Shown here piece after piece: positions 51,079 to 60,909 of a stretch of 64,000 bases of DNA. The DNA comes from Sulfolobales archaeon (GTDB taxonomy: Archaea > Thermoproteota > Thermoprotei_A > Sulfolobales > AG1): positions 32,001 to 96,000 of the forward strand of contig JAWBYA010000004.1 in the NCBI GenBank assembly GCA_038867615.1. The letters are read 5' to 3'. Position 1 is the stretch's first letter. Each line of letters begins with the position of its first letter. Below the pieces are notes generated by a model. The model was given only the letters and a program-made list of their open reading frames with translations. It had not been told where the DNA came from and ran no database searches. The position numbers were made by a program, and so were the translations under genes.

Positions 51079-51563
51079 TCCTTGTGGAGGAGCATCTACT
51101 AGTTAGAAAAATAGATACGGGGACAGTTATAGACCACATACCCCCGTGGAGGGCTAGCGATGTCCTCAAACTCCTCGATCTAGAGGGGCTAAGGAGATCT
51201 GATACCTCTCTAGTGATCCTCCATAACGTCCCAAGCAAGAAATATGGGAGGAAAGATATAATTAAGCTCTATAGGCATTTCATATCAAACGAGGAGGCAG
51301 ACCTAGTATGCCTAGTATTCCCAACATCGACCATCAACTATATCAAGGATTGGAGGGTTGAGAAGTACGAACCAAAGATCCCTGAGAGGATTGTTGGGAG
51401 AATAAAATGCCCTGAAGTGACATGCGTAACCAATAATCCGAGGGAGAATATTAGAACAAGATTCAAGGTTCTATCGAAATATAGGATTGTTCAGTGCGAG
51501 TACTGCGACACAATAGTAGAGCTGGAGAGAATAGCCGAACTAGTTGGTAAGAGGTCGGAGTGA
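51075..51563 (+). CDS. pyrI: Aspartate carbamoyltransferase regulatory subunit
   Basis: GTVIDHIP, SKKYGRKDIIK, CPEVTC..CEYC. Confidence 0.95.
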   Translation: MILVEEHLLVRKIDTGTVIDHIPPWRASDVLKLLDLEGLRRSDTSLVILHNVPSKKYGRKDIIKLYRHFISNEEADLVCLVFPTSTINYIKDWRVEKYEPKIPERIVGRIKCPEVTCVTNNPRENIRTRFKVLSKYRIVQCEYCDTIVELERIAELVGKRSE

Positions 51564-52558
51564 TCATAATGGAGGAGGTTAAGAAGAATAGATATTGGAG
51601 AATAGATACCCATGTCCACTGCAGAGACTGGGGAGAGAGTTATAAAGCAACCATAGGTAGTGTTGTAAGACTTGCACTATCAAAGGGCATAGGGGCTGTC
51701 TTCGATATGCCCAACACAGATCCCCCTATACTGGGTCTAAGGGATGCTGAAAAGAGGCTAAGAACAGCTGAGGATCAAGGCGTGCTCAAGAACTACTACC
51801 TCTATATAGCTGCAACACCAAACGAGAAACAGCTGGAGGATGCTGTGAGGGCTTATGAGGAGCTACCAAGGGTAGTGGGGTTGAAGCTCTACACAGCCCC
51901 TATGAAGGGTCTCGAAGCACTATCCCTAGAGGAGCAGGAGGTGGTGTATAGAACACTATCATCCCTAGGCTATAGAGGTGTTCTAGCAATACATTGCGAG
52001 AAGCATGGCCTCTTTAGAGAGACCCTCTGGGATCCCCTGAAACCCTACACATGGAACCTCGCAAGACCTCCGGAGGCTGAGGTTAGGTGTATCGAGGATC
52101 AAATCCTGCTTGCAAAGAAACACGGTTTCAAGGGGACTCTCTATATAGTCCACATATCAACAAAAGAGGGTGTCGAGATTGTGAGAAGGGCTAGGAATGA
52201 GGGTATAAGGATCGTGTGTGGTGTTACACCACACCATATAATCTATGATACGGATCACATGAGAACGCCTGAAAGTGTTGTGCTCAAGACAAACCCGCCC
52301 ATAAGGGATCCGGCAACTGCTAGGGCTCTGTTAAGACTAGCCATCGAGGGTGCTGTGGATTTCCTTGAAACGGATCATGCTCCCCATTCTCCCCAAGAGA
52401 AGACAGGTCCTCCGTATCTCTCTGGCAATAGGAGTCTTGAGATCTATGAGATAGCGATCAACATGCTCATGAGATCAGGTGCTAGTGAGAAGACTATATA
52501 TATGCTTACTAGGGGTAATGCTGAGAGTGTTTTTAAGAAGCTAGACGGGATCGACTAG
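51560..52558 (+). CDS. pyrC: Dihydroorotase (short form)
   Basis: DTHVHCRD, DMPNT, HCE, HIST, TPHH, NPPIR, TDHAPH; in pyr cluster. Confidence 0.92.
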   Translation: MIIMEEVKKNRYWRIDTHVHCRDWGESYKATIGSVVRLALSKGIGAVFDMPNTDPPILGLRDAEKRLRTAEDQGVLKNYYLYIAATPNEKQLEDAVRAYEELPRVVGLKLYTAPMKGLEALSLEEQEVVYRTLSSLGYRGVLAIHCEKHGLFRETLWDPLKPYTWNLARPPEAEVRCIEDQILLAKKHGFKGTLYIVHISTKEGVEIVRRARNEGIRIVCGVTPHHIIYDTDHMRTPESVVLKTNPPIRDPATARALLRLAIEGAVDFLETDHAPHSPQEKTGPPYLSGNRSLEIYEIAINMLMRSGASEKTIYMLTRGNAESVFKKLDGID

Positions 52559-54261
52559 GTATTCTTAATAAGTTCTTGGAAGCTCTTAACAGCGCTTGAG
52601 CGAAGATATTTCCTCAGATCCTCTAGGATCTCTTTAAATACAGAGAATCCCTTATAGGCTATTGCACTGCATATCTGGAAACCCCTCGCGCCCAGCATTG
52701 CCAGCTCGATCACGTCTCTAGCACTATCTATACCCCCACTGGCTATTATTGGTACACTGAACTCTCCCCTGAGATCCTTGATAACCCTCCTAACTATAGG
52801 CTTCAGAGGCGGCCCAGAAACCCCTCCATAGCCATTTGGACTACCCATAATAGGTCTCTTGAAAATAGGATCATAGGCATAGCCCCTCACAGTATTTATA
52901 GCTGTTATCCCATCAGCCCCTCCCTCAATGGCTTTTCTAGCAACCTCCATATAGTCAGAGTTGATAGATATTTTGACAAAGACGGGTAGCTTTACTATTG
53001 ATTTAATAGACCTCACTATGTCTCTAACAAGCTCCGGTATATCCTCAACCATCTCGAACTCCGTGTGTGGGCATGATACATTGAGCTCGAAGGCATCGAC
53101 ACCCGAGCCGTATAGCTTCTTAGCAACCTCAACATACTCATCACTATTCCTCCCAAAAATGCTCGCTATCACCGGAACACCTGCTCTCTTAGCATCTCTT
53201 ATCTCCAATACATATTGATCAGCCCCAGGGTTGGGTAAACCGAGTGCGTTCATATACACACCAACGGGATCCTCGATCATGACCGGGCCCTTGAAACCCT
53301 TCCTAGGCTCGATGCCTATCGATTTTGTGACAACAGCACCTGCACCCTCTAGTGCGAATCTATAGAGTATAGAGCCTGAAACACCACACCCGGCTGCATT
53401 CATCAGGGGGTTTGGTAGTTCGAGCCCTGCTATGTTTATCGAGAGCTCCGGTTCTTTCTCTACAACTCTTTGAGGCAGTTTCAGACCCTCATCTATAGAT
53501 CCAGATATGGGGATTCTAAGGCCACTTCTATCCCGTGTCCATAACCCATACTCTGTTCTAACTATCTTGCCAGCACTTAGAAAGATCCCCTCGATACATG
53601 TTCTCCACAGACCAAGATCACAGGCGCCGCACAACCCTAAAGAGCATTTTATAGGTCTCTCAACACATAGATAGCCTTCCACGCCTTTTTCTATAAGCAT
53701 TTCAGCAAGGATCCTACCGAGATCTTCCCTAACACATATAACAGCTATGTCTATATCTCCCAGCATCGATCTAAACAGCTCTATAGCCTCACCACGGCTT
53801 TTAGCTATATATGTCTCAACCCCGATCTCGCGAAGCCTAGCGGAATACGGGGGTCTACCTTCTTCGTCGATAAGGATAGCGCTATATACTCTTTCCCTGT
53901 TCTTCTCGGCAAAGAATCTTAGGTATGATATACCGTGATAAGATCCCATGAGGAGTACTCTGGAACCCCACGGGGAGATAGGGTTGCCGAAAGGTCCTCT
54001 AACACCTACAAGGCCTCCCACGGGGATCTTGTGGAGCGTAGCGCTAACCTCACCTCTTGGAGGGCCTATTAATACCTCCACGAGATCTTTATCTGCGTAG
54101 GATATTGCTAGCGGGATCTCGTCAACGCCGGGGAGCCAGAGCATTATATAATTCCCAGGCTGTGATTTGGAAGCTATATCTCTTGCCTCTATCTCTAACA
54201 CTCTATAGGATCCCTCGCTCCTAGAGTTAAGGATCCTTGCTGGCTGGGGTCTCCCCCTCAA
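52555..54261 (-). CDS. pyrD: Fused dihydroorotate dehydrogenase class 1B: PyrK electron-transfer domain plus PyrD
   Basis: PGNYIMLW, RGPFGN, CSLGLCGAC..C [2Fe-2S]; then NPLMNAAG, TKS, ELNVSCP, AINT, GGVSG, SGGI. Confidence 0.93.
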   Translation of the reverse strand: MRGRPQPARILNSRSEGSYRVLEIEARDIASKSQPGNYIMLWLPGVDEIPLAISYADKDLVEVLIGPPRGEVSATLHKIPVGGLVGVRGPFGNPISPWGSRVLLMGSYHGISYLRFFAEKNRERVYSAILIDEEGRPPYSARLREIGVETYIAKSRGEAIELFRSMLGDIDIAVICVREDLGRILAEMLIEKGVEGYLCVERPIKCSLGLCGACDLGLWRTCIEGIFLSAGKIVRTEYGLWTRDRSGLRIPISGSIDEGLKLPQRVVEKEPELSINIAGLELPNPLMNAAGCGVSGSILYRFALEGAGAVVTKSIGIEPRKGFKGPVMIEDPVGVYMNALGLPNPGADQYVLEIRDAKRAGVPVIASIFGRNSDEYVEVAKKLYGSGVDAFELNVSCPHTEFEMVEDIPELVRDIVRSIKSIVKLPVFVKISINSDYMEVARKAIEGGADGITAINTVRGYAYDPIFKRPIMGSPNGYGGVSGPPLKPIVRRVIKDLRGEFSVPIIASGGIDSARDVIELAMLGARGFQICSAIAYKGFSVFKEILEDLRKYLRSSAVKSFQELIKNT

Positions 54262-54995
54262 TGGGGTACGCCTCTGAGGTATCTCTCTACAGCCTCTGGA
54301 ATGTTCCTATCTATTAATCCCTGCCTCTCAAGACTGTTAATAATACTCCTAACCCCTACTGCTCTATAGAGACCTATACCCCTCTTGATCATTGCATCCT
54401 CCCCACCCTCTTCCCTATCTATTAGCACAGCTACACCGAGGATCTCTATCCTCTTACCCCTCCTTTTAGCCTCCTCCTCGAGGATCTCTATAGCCTCTAT
54501 CTTGGTATCGCCTGTTGTTATAACATCATCTACAAGAAGGATCTTATCGCCGTCATCTATAACTCCGTCTACAAGCCTCGAGATCCCGTGGGTCTTTGAC
54601 CTAACTCCGCCGAGGATCCTTGATAGGCTATCAACGCACCCAGGATCTATGGAGCTATCCCCAGAGATCTTCCTCAAAAGATCCTTATAGATCATTGGCT
54701 CCTTCCTTATATAGATCCCTGGGATGTTTTTCGAAACAGCGATTGCCGAGACGAGCAGAGCACCTGTCATAGGTATTCCACATAGCTTTGTAGGCCTCAG
54801 CGGTAGATCATCGATAAGCCTTGAGATCATCTCAACAGCTATTGAGAGAAGCCTTGGTTTTGAGATAAGTATCCTCAGATCTATATAGTAAGGGCTAATC
54901 CTACCAGACCTAAGCCTATACTCTCCAAAGGTAAGTGCTCCCGATACTAAAAGCTCTCTTGAGAAGATATCTATAAGGTTATCATGACTCATCAT
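54258..54995 (-). CDS. pyrE: Orotate phosphoribosyltransferase
   Basis: LRSGRISPYYIDLR, RKE...KTHG, LVDDVITTG, LIDREEG. Confidence 0.94.
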   Translation of the reverse strand: MMSHDNLIDIFSRELLVSGALTFGEYRLRSGRISPYYIDLRILISKPRLLSIAVEMISRLIDDLPLRPTKLCGIPMTGALLVSAIAVSKNIPGIYIRKEPMIYKDLLRKISGDSSIDPGCVDSLSRILGGVRSKTHGISRLVDGVIDDGDKILLVDDVITTGDTKIEAIEILEEEAKRRGKRIEILGVAVLIDREEGGEDAMIKRGIGLYRAVGVRSIINSLERQGLIDRNIPEAVERYLRGVPH

Positions 54996-54999
54996 AAGA

Positions 55000-55707
55000 T
55001 CACCTCATATGGCTAGCTATCTTCTCAACAGCTGAGGCAGGATCTTCTGATAGGATCACGGCTCTCCCAACTATGATATGAACATACCTATGGCTTGGGA
55101 GAAAGTGTGAGGCTATGTTTTCAGCATCCTTCTCATTCCTAATCCCTGGTAGGAGGAACACGGGATCCTGGATCCTCTTTCTAATCATATCAGCGTAAAG
55201 CAACGCCCTCTCGATCTTACTTCCTGGGAGTACGTAGTGCTCAACACCGAGTGCTGAGGCATCCTCATAGATCCTCTTTGGGGAGTCGTCGCAAACATAA
55301 CCCCCACTAGATCTGAGGAAACCCTCATGGGTCATATCACCCCCAACTATTGGTACGATGCCCTCATCCCTAAGCGCCTCTACCCATTTTACAAGCGTAT
55401 CCCTTCCTGAGTGTGGAAATCCTATGGCCGCATCGACGCCGGATCTCCTAAGGATCTTAGCGTACCAGGATCCTAGATCCGGTATGTCCGTCATACCCTT
55501 CTGGTGATCATATATTATAGGCTTATCACTAACACCTCTCACAAGATCCACGGTCTTTTTCAACCCATGGGTTAGGGCTGCTATGAAGCCCACCTTATAT
55601 CCAGTAACAGCATCTAGATCCGATGTTGCTGAAACAAGCCTTCGGATCGATTCTGCATCGTCTAAATCAAGAGCTATTATAACTCCCCTACCTTTAAGAA
55701 GAGACAC
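55000..55707 (-). CDS. pyrF: Orotidine-5'-phosphate decarboxylase
   Basis: IIALD, GYKVG, DHQK..TDIP variant of DxKxxDIP, LPGI, IVGRA; in pyr cluster. Confidence 0.88.
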   Translation of the reverse strand: MSLLKGRGVIIALDLDDAESIRRLVSATSDLDAVTGYKVGFIAALTHGLKKTVDLVRGVSDKPIIYDHQKGMTDIPDLGSWYAKILRRSGVDAAIGFPHSGRDTLVKWVEALRDEGIVPIVGGDMTHEGFLRSSGGYVCDDSPKRIYEDASALGVEHYVLPGSKIERALLYADMIRKRIQDPVFLLPGIRNEKDAENIASHFLPSHRYVHIIVGRAVILSEDPASAVEKIASHMR

Positions 55708-56001
55708 TGTGCCTTCTTAATATTCTACTTGAGGGCTAAAAAGCGACAGGTATTAAAGCGCAACCCATCAACGCCTATCGTATGCTACGTACCACTATGC
55801 CTTATCATAAAAGGGATATAGCTTGTGCTATGATAAATACATGAATACTTGAAAATAATGACTAAAAACTCTTGCTTAACTGATACATTGTGAGAGGAAA
55901 TTTCAGGTCTTATGGGTTATACTCCGAAAATCACAAAGATCTAAAGAATGATTAAGTATATCAATCATACTAACACGCGCTAGGCTTGTTTGTAATAAAT
56001 C

Positions 56002-57492
56002 CTATGGTCTTACTATAACTACCTTCTTGTCTGTGAAGAAGTCTATGGTATCTATCTGGGGGTGTAGCACACCATAGAAGGATCTCTTTCTCCCAGCGAA
56101 TGGGAAGAAGGCTACCGGGGCTGGGATTCCTATGTTGACACCTATATTGCCTGCATCAACGCTTGAGACGAATCTCCTCGTACTCTCAGTGCTCCTGGTG
56201 AATATAGAGGCTGCGTTGCCATACTCGCTCTTATTGATCATCTCTATAGCCTCGTCAAGGCTTGTAGCCTTGATCACGTTTGCCACGGGGCCGAAGATCT
56301 CTTCCTTCGCTATTATCATCTCAGGAACAACATCTACAAACACCGTGGGTCCTAGGAAATAGCCTCTGGGATATTCAGGAACTCTTACACCTCTTCCGTC
56401 TAGGATTAGTTTGGCTCCCTCTTCAACGCCCCTCTCTATGTATTTAATAACTCTTTCTCTAGCCTTGCTGGTTACTAGGGGTCCCATATCAACGCTCTCG
56501 TCAAGGCCATAGCCTAGTTTGAGCCTTAGCGCTGATTCTATGAATAGCCTGAGAGCCTTATCATATATATCTCCAACAAGAACCAGGTTGGATCCTGCTA
56601 GGCATCTCTGCCCAGCGTTTCCGAAGAAAGAGCTTATTATGGTTGGCATGTATCTCTCTAGATCAGCATCTGGCATAACGACTACAAAGTTCTTAGCACC
56701 TCCGCCGTTAAGACTTCTCTTGCCATACTCCCCTGCAAGCCTATAGATCCTCTCTGCGGTCTGGCTGCTGCCGACTGATGCAACGCCAACGATCTTCTTG
56801 CTTCTAAGCATGGCCTCAACCACACTCCCATCCCCATGGATAACGTTTATAACGCCTTTTGGAAGGCCTGCCTCGCGGTGTATCAGCTCCATTACGAAGT
56901 TAAAGGGGGCTGGTGTCATCTCGCTTGGCTTAACAACTACGGTGTTGCCAGTAACTATTGCGTATGGTATGAACCAGAATGGGATCATTGTTGGGAAGTT
57001 GAAGGGCGTCACTATGGCGAAAACCCCTAGCGGTTCTCTAACCATATATTCATCTATACCCTCGGCTATGTTTGGCATATACTCGCCCTTGGCTAGCGTG
57101 TATGCTGCTGATACTGCTGCCTCAACGTTCTCTATAGTTCTCCTCATATCTCCCCTAGCCTCGTGTATTGTTTTCCCGTGGTTCTGTGTCACTACTCTTG
57201 AGATCTCTTCGAAATGACTCTCAAGGATCTCTTTGATTCTGAAGAGGTACTGGATCCTCTTGGTTATAGGAACTTCCCTCCACTTGTGAAAAGCCTCATA
57301 CGCAGAATCTATAGCCTCAGACACCTCGTCAGCAGTCGCTATAGGAACCTCTCCTATCACTTCGTCTAGAGCTGGGTTGTAGATCTTAAGCCTCTTATCC
57401 GAGGTCGAGGGTTTGAACTCACCATCTATATAGTTGGGCAACACACCATAATTCTTCCTAACTTCTGGAAGAATATTAGGCAGGGTGTCCAC
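56002..57492 (-). CDS. mmsA: CoA-acylating (methyl)malonate-semialdehyde dehydrogenase
   Basis: PFNFP, KPSE, GAKNF, GNAGQRCLA, EEIFGP, YGNAASIFT, PAPVAFFPF. Confidence 0.9.
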   Translation of the reverse strand: MDTLPNILPEVRKNYGVLPNYIDGEFKPSTSDKRLKIYNPALDEVIGEVPIATADEVSEAIDSAYEAFHKWREVPITKRIQYLFRIKEILESHFEEISRVVTQNHGKTIHEARGDMRRTIENVEAAVSAAYTLAKGEYMPNIAEGIDEYMVREPLGVFAIVTPFNFPTMIPFWFIPYAIVTGNTVVVKPSEMTPAPFNFVMELIHREAGLPKGVINVIHGDGSVVEAMLRSKKIVGVASVGSSQTAERIYRLAGEYGKRSLNGGGAKNFVVVMPDADLERYMPTIISSFFGNAGQRCLAGSNLVLVGDIYDKALRLFIESALRLKLGYGLDESVDMGPLVTSKARERVIKYIERGVEEGAKLILDGRGVRVPEYPRGYFLGPTVFVDVVPEMIIAKEEIFGPVANVIKATSLDEAIEMINKSEYGNAASIFTRSTESTRRFVSSVDAGNIGVNIGIPAPVAFFPFAGRKRSFYGVLHPQIDTIDFFTDKKVVIVRP

Positions 57493-57539
57493 CTGATGCT
57501 ACTGATGATAGACGATATATATGTATTACTGGCTACAGT

Positions 57540-58982
57540 TTATACAGTGTTAGTTCTGGAGCATCTCTCAACAATGCGATCAACATCTCCGTCTGCAAGG
57601 AGTACTGCGGATAACCATCGATCTATATCTCCCCTAGCAAGGTGGTGTTCTAAAAACTCTCTAGGTATTTTCTTCAAGGCCTCAAGCAATTCTGAGAAGC
57701 TACAAGCCCTGAAACCGCTATAAACACCCTCCTTTGATGTGAAATTGAAGCAAAGCCTATCAGGAGCTCTGAATCTCTCTATAAACCCGCAATAATCCTC
57801 CCTAGCCTTTCTAGCCAGATACCTTGCAAGGATCTCGAGGGCTCTTAGATAGGTTATCTGAGCCTTGTAAGGGCTTCCATAGGGATTGAAATAGCTATGC
57901 ACCTCGCCAGCCGGCCCATGTTTTGTTGCCTGGTAATAGAAATGATCGCTCATAGAGTAGAGCCTCCACACCCTGAGAGCCTCTCCCCCAAGGGCTTTAG
58001 CATAGCTATAGAGGATCCTGAGATTCTCTAAAGCTATCCTCTGAACCTCGTTACCAGCCCATGCCGAGAGATCTCTCTCATCGGCCCAGCTAATAGTACT
58101 CCAGGGCGGGACATCATAGATCCCTCGGATCTTGTTTGAGAGAGCAGCCTCTGATACCGTCGAGAACCTTAACCCCCTTCTGGAGATCTCTCTCGGTAGG
58201 TGTTCAAGAAAACCATAGATCCCTGTTTCTGGCCAGTGATGCTCTCCGAAAGTCTCGTAGTCGATCGCTATGAGCACTAGATCTCCTGTAAGTGCTCCCA
58301 GCCATGACGCATATTTATCCGCCGTAAGAGGGTATTGATCCCATGTTCTCATACTAAATCTAAAACCAATATCATCGCTAAGCCTGTGGTTCCTCACAAG
58401 AACCCTTATATCGCATAGCGGGTTACCATAAACATAGTTATAACCCCTGAACCCCTGGATCCACTCAACACCCTCTGTCAACACAGCCTTAAAACCCATA
58501 GATGCTAAGACACACCCGATATCATTATTATATATAAACTCCGTGTTCTCAGCAGACACCGGCTTATAGCCGAACACCTCCTCAAGCCTTTTTACATGAT
58601 CCCTAACCTGCTCGACAAACTCATCCCTATCTATGAGCCATGCTAGCGAGTGGTAATAGGTCTGTGCAGCCAACTCAACCCTCTCGGTCTCCACCATTTT
58701 TTCTAGTATTTTCAGAGCTTCTGGCGACCATCTCTCCATAAGATCTATAGCTATCCCTGACACGCCCATTGTAAACTTAAAATCCCTATTCTCTCTGAGA
58801 CTCCTAAGCAGGATCTCTGAGGCCTTTACATAGACTCTTCTAGCCACTCTCTCAAAGATCTCTCTGTTAACGCTCCACTCAAAGAGATCCCTAGGATCTC
58901 GAGGATCGCCGTTGGGCATGATTCTTTCGAGAGGAGCAAGCCTCAGAGGCTGATGCACTTCAAAAAAGAACACTACATCCAT
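57540..58982 (-). CDS. GH57 alpha-amylase family protein with C-terminal DUF5752-like domain
   Basis: EVHQP, TYYHSL, NTE, LSDDIGFRFS, DYETFGEH, SWAD, SDHFYY. Confidence 0.93.
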   Translation of the reverse strand: MDVVFFFEVHQPLRLAPLERIMPNGDPRDPRDLFEWSVNREIFERVARRVYVKASEILLRSLRENRDFKFTMGVSGIAIDLMERWSPEALKILEKMVETERVELAAQTYYHSLAWLIDRDEFVEQVRDHVKRLEEVFGYKPVSAENTEFIYNNDIGCVLASMGFKAVLTEGVEWIQGFRGYNYVYGNPLCDIRVLVRNHRLSDDIGFRFSMRTWDQYPLTADKYASWLGALTGDLVLIAIDYETFGEHHWPETGIYGFLEHLPREISRRGLRFSTVSEAALSNKIRGIYDVPPWSTISWADERDLSAWAGNEVQRIALENLRILYSYAKALGGEALRVWRLYSMSDHFYYQATKHGPAGEVHSYFNPYGSPYKAQITYLRALEILARYLARKAREDYCGFIERFRAPDRLCFNFTSKEGVYSGFRACSFSELLEALKKIPREFLEHHLARGDIDRWLSAVLLADGDVDRIVERCSRTNTV

Positions 58983-59499
58983 TAAAAACCCCTGACTGTT
59001 CTCCGAGTAAAAGCTTTTAAAGCTTTCCAGCCACCATAAATACAGAATCGATACAGATATCCTCGTCCCTGCGATAATTATAGCTATTAGAGGCTAGAAT
59101 GTCTCCATTTTGATACCCATGGATATACTTCGATCTGTTTTATATCCTGCCCTCTCTTAACACCCCTAGCTATTATCGATGACAGAGACGATGCTTCTAT
59201 GATTACAAAGGGCTAGGATGTTATTAGAGCCGACTAGATGTTGATAGGAGTATTGCTCAAAACCATCTATGTTTATCCTACGAGGGACACTATCGCTGCA
59301 CTTAATTGCTATCCATAAACAATAAAGATCCTCCAGAGATACTTTTATAGACAGAGTGGGAGACCCTGGATATGGAAGAAGATCAAAAAACCGGGGATAG
59401 AGTGAAAACATGAATGTAAGCAATGCCATTATCTAATGTAATCTGTGTATCTCAAGGCTATTTTCTCTATAACATAGAACATAGATTAGAGGGGGGCTA

Positions 59500-60177
59500 A
59501 TGCCTAGGAAGGATCTTCTCAAAGCCGTTGAGAGGGAAACGTTGTTACAGCTGGCCCTAGATCTTGTGGATCTTGATGTTGCGTTGAGACTTGCTGGACA
59601 AGCATCAGAGGCTGGGATCGACATTATCGAGATCGGGACTCCTCTGCTCAAGGCCCACGGTATCAGGGCTGTTGAGGAGATAAGATCGGTAACCAGTAGG
59701 TCCTTTATAATGGTTGATACCAAGACGGCTGATGCCGGGGCAATAGAGGCTGAGATCGTTAGCAAGGCTGGTGGTGATGCGATGAGCGTGCTAGGTGTAT
59801 CTAGCTACGAGACCATTAAAGAGACTATTGCGAGGGGAAGGGATCTAGATGTTTCGGTATGGATAGATATGATCCACGCCAGCGATCCCGTGAAAAGGGC
59901 TGAGGAGTTAAGACACATGGAGCCTGATATCATAATAGCCCATATCGGGGTAGATGTTCAGAGAAGCAGGGGGATAACTGTTGAGAGCTTGGAGAAAGAG
60001 GTCAAGGATCTCGTCGAAAAGGGCTTCAGAGTAGCTGTTGCTGGAGGTATAAAAGGCAACGCCATAAAAAGAATGTCAGATCTAGGAGCATCTGTTATAA
60101 TAATTGGAGGCTGGATCACGAGACACCATGACCCCTTAGAGAGGATGAGAGAAGCTGTAAGGATCTTGAGACAATGA
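59500..60177 (+). CDS. 3-hexulose-6-phosphate synthase (HPS/KGPDC family)
   Basis: LQLALD, IEIGTPL, DTKTADAG, HIGVDVQ, VAGGI. Confidence 0.9.
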   Translation: MPRKDLLKAVERETLLQLALDLVDLDVALRLAGQASEAGIDIIEIGTPLLKAHGIRAVEEIRSVTSRSFIMVDTKTADAGAIEAEIVSKAGGDAMSVLGVSSYETIKETIARGRDLDVSVWIDMIHASDPVKRAEELRHMEPDIIIAHIGVDVQRSRGITVESLEKEVKDLVEKGFRVAVAGGIKGNAIKRMSDLGASVIIIGGWITRHHDPLERMREAVRILRQ

Positions 60178-60382
60178 TCCATTGTTATAGAGATAGTTAA
60201 AACATGGATTAGAGCGTTTCTGATAAAACCCGCTTTCCATATTATGGAGGCTTTCTTTAGCAACTATATGTTGGTCGGTAAATATCTTTCCCACTATTCA
60301 CCGGTCATAGGAGAGGTGGGGAGGAATAGCTTATGGCTAGTAATAGTCATAACCCCCCAGCCATATTATATATGGATGGGTC

Positions 60383-60880
60383 ATGAGGATACATGTGTGG
60401 GGGGATCTTGTTAGTGCTAGCGGTAGTATTGCTCAGGCTATAGAGTCTCTCAGATCTTCTGGAAAGGATCTCGCAGCCCTCTTTAACGAAGTATTCCTAG
60501 CCGTAGAGCCTGTGTATAGAAATATAGGGATAGAGGTCAAGGAGATCGGTAGGGGTTATGCTAAGGCTGTATTTAACATGAGCGAAAACATAGCTAGGTG
60601 GGGAGGTGTTGTAAACGGGGGTGTTATAATGACCGTGATCGATATGGTAATCGGGATCTCTGTGATGACGGTTAACGACGGCATTGATCAATACACAGCG
60701 GAGCTTAAGGTCAATTTTCTAGAACCCCTCAGAACAGATCCTTTCACAGCTATTGGTAGGGTTATAAGGAAGGGCGGGACATTGGTCGTAGGTGAGGGCG
60801 AGATCTATGATGGTGAGAACAGGCTTTGTGCCAAGGGGATTGGTACGTGGTTTATTGTTAAGAGAAGAAATACGGGCTAG
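60383..60880 (+). CDS. PaaI family hot-dog thioesterase
   Basis: GVVNGGVIMTVID, TAELKVNFLEP. Confidence 0.9.
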   Translation: MRIHVWGDLVSASGSIAQAIESLRSSGKDLAALFNEVFLAVEPVYRNIGIEVKEIGRGYAKAVFNMSENIARWGGVVNGGVIMTVIDMVIGISVMTVNDGIDQYTAELKVNFLEPLRTDPFTAIGRVIRKGGTLVVGEGEIYDGENRLCAKGIGTWFIVKRRNTG

Positions 60881-60909
60881 CAGCAGGATCCCCAGCTAGA
60901 GGTTCTGGC

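Noticed and set aside
54597-54695. BHB pre-mRNA intron in pyrE
   Set aside because: The boundary stem cannot be arranged as bulge-4 bp-bulge, and the insert is in frame and protein-like
59010-59026. AAAGCTTT-T-AAAGCTTT palindrome upstream of GH57
   Set aside because: Explained by a standard BRE-TATA (GAAAGCTTTAAA) on the minus strand
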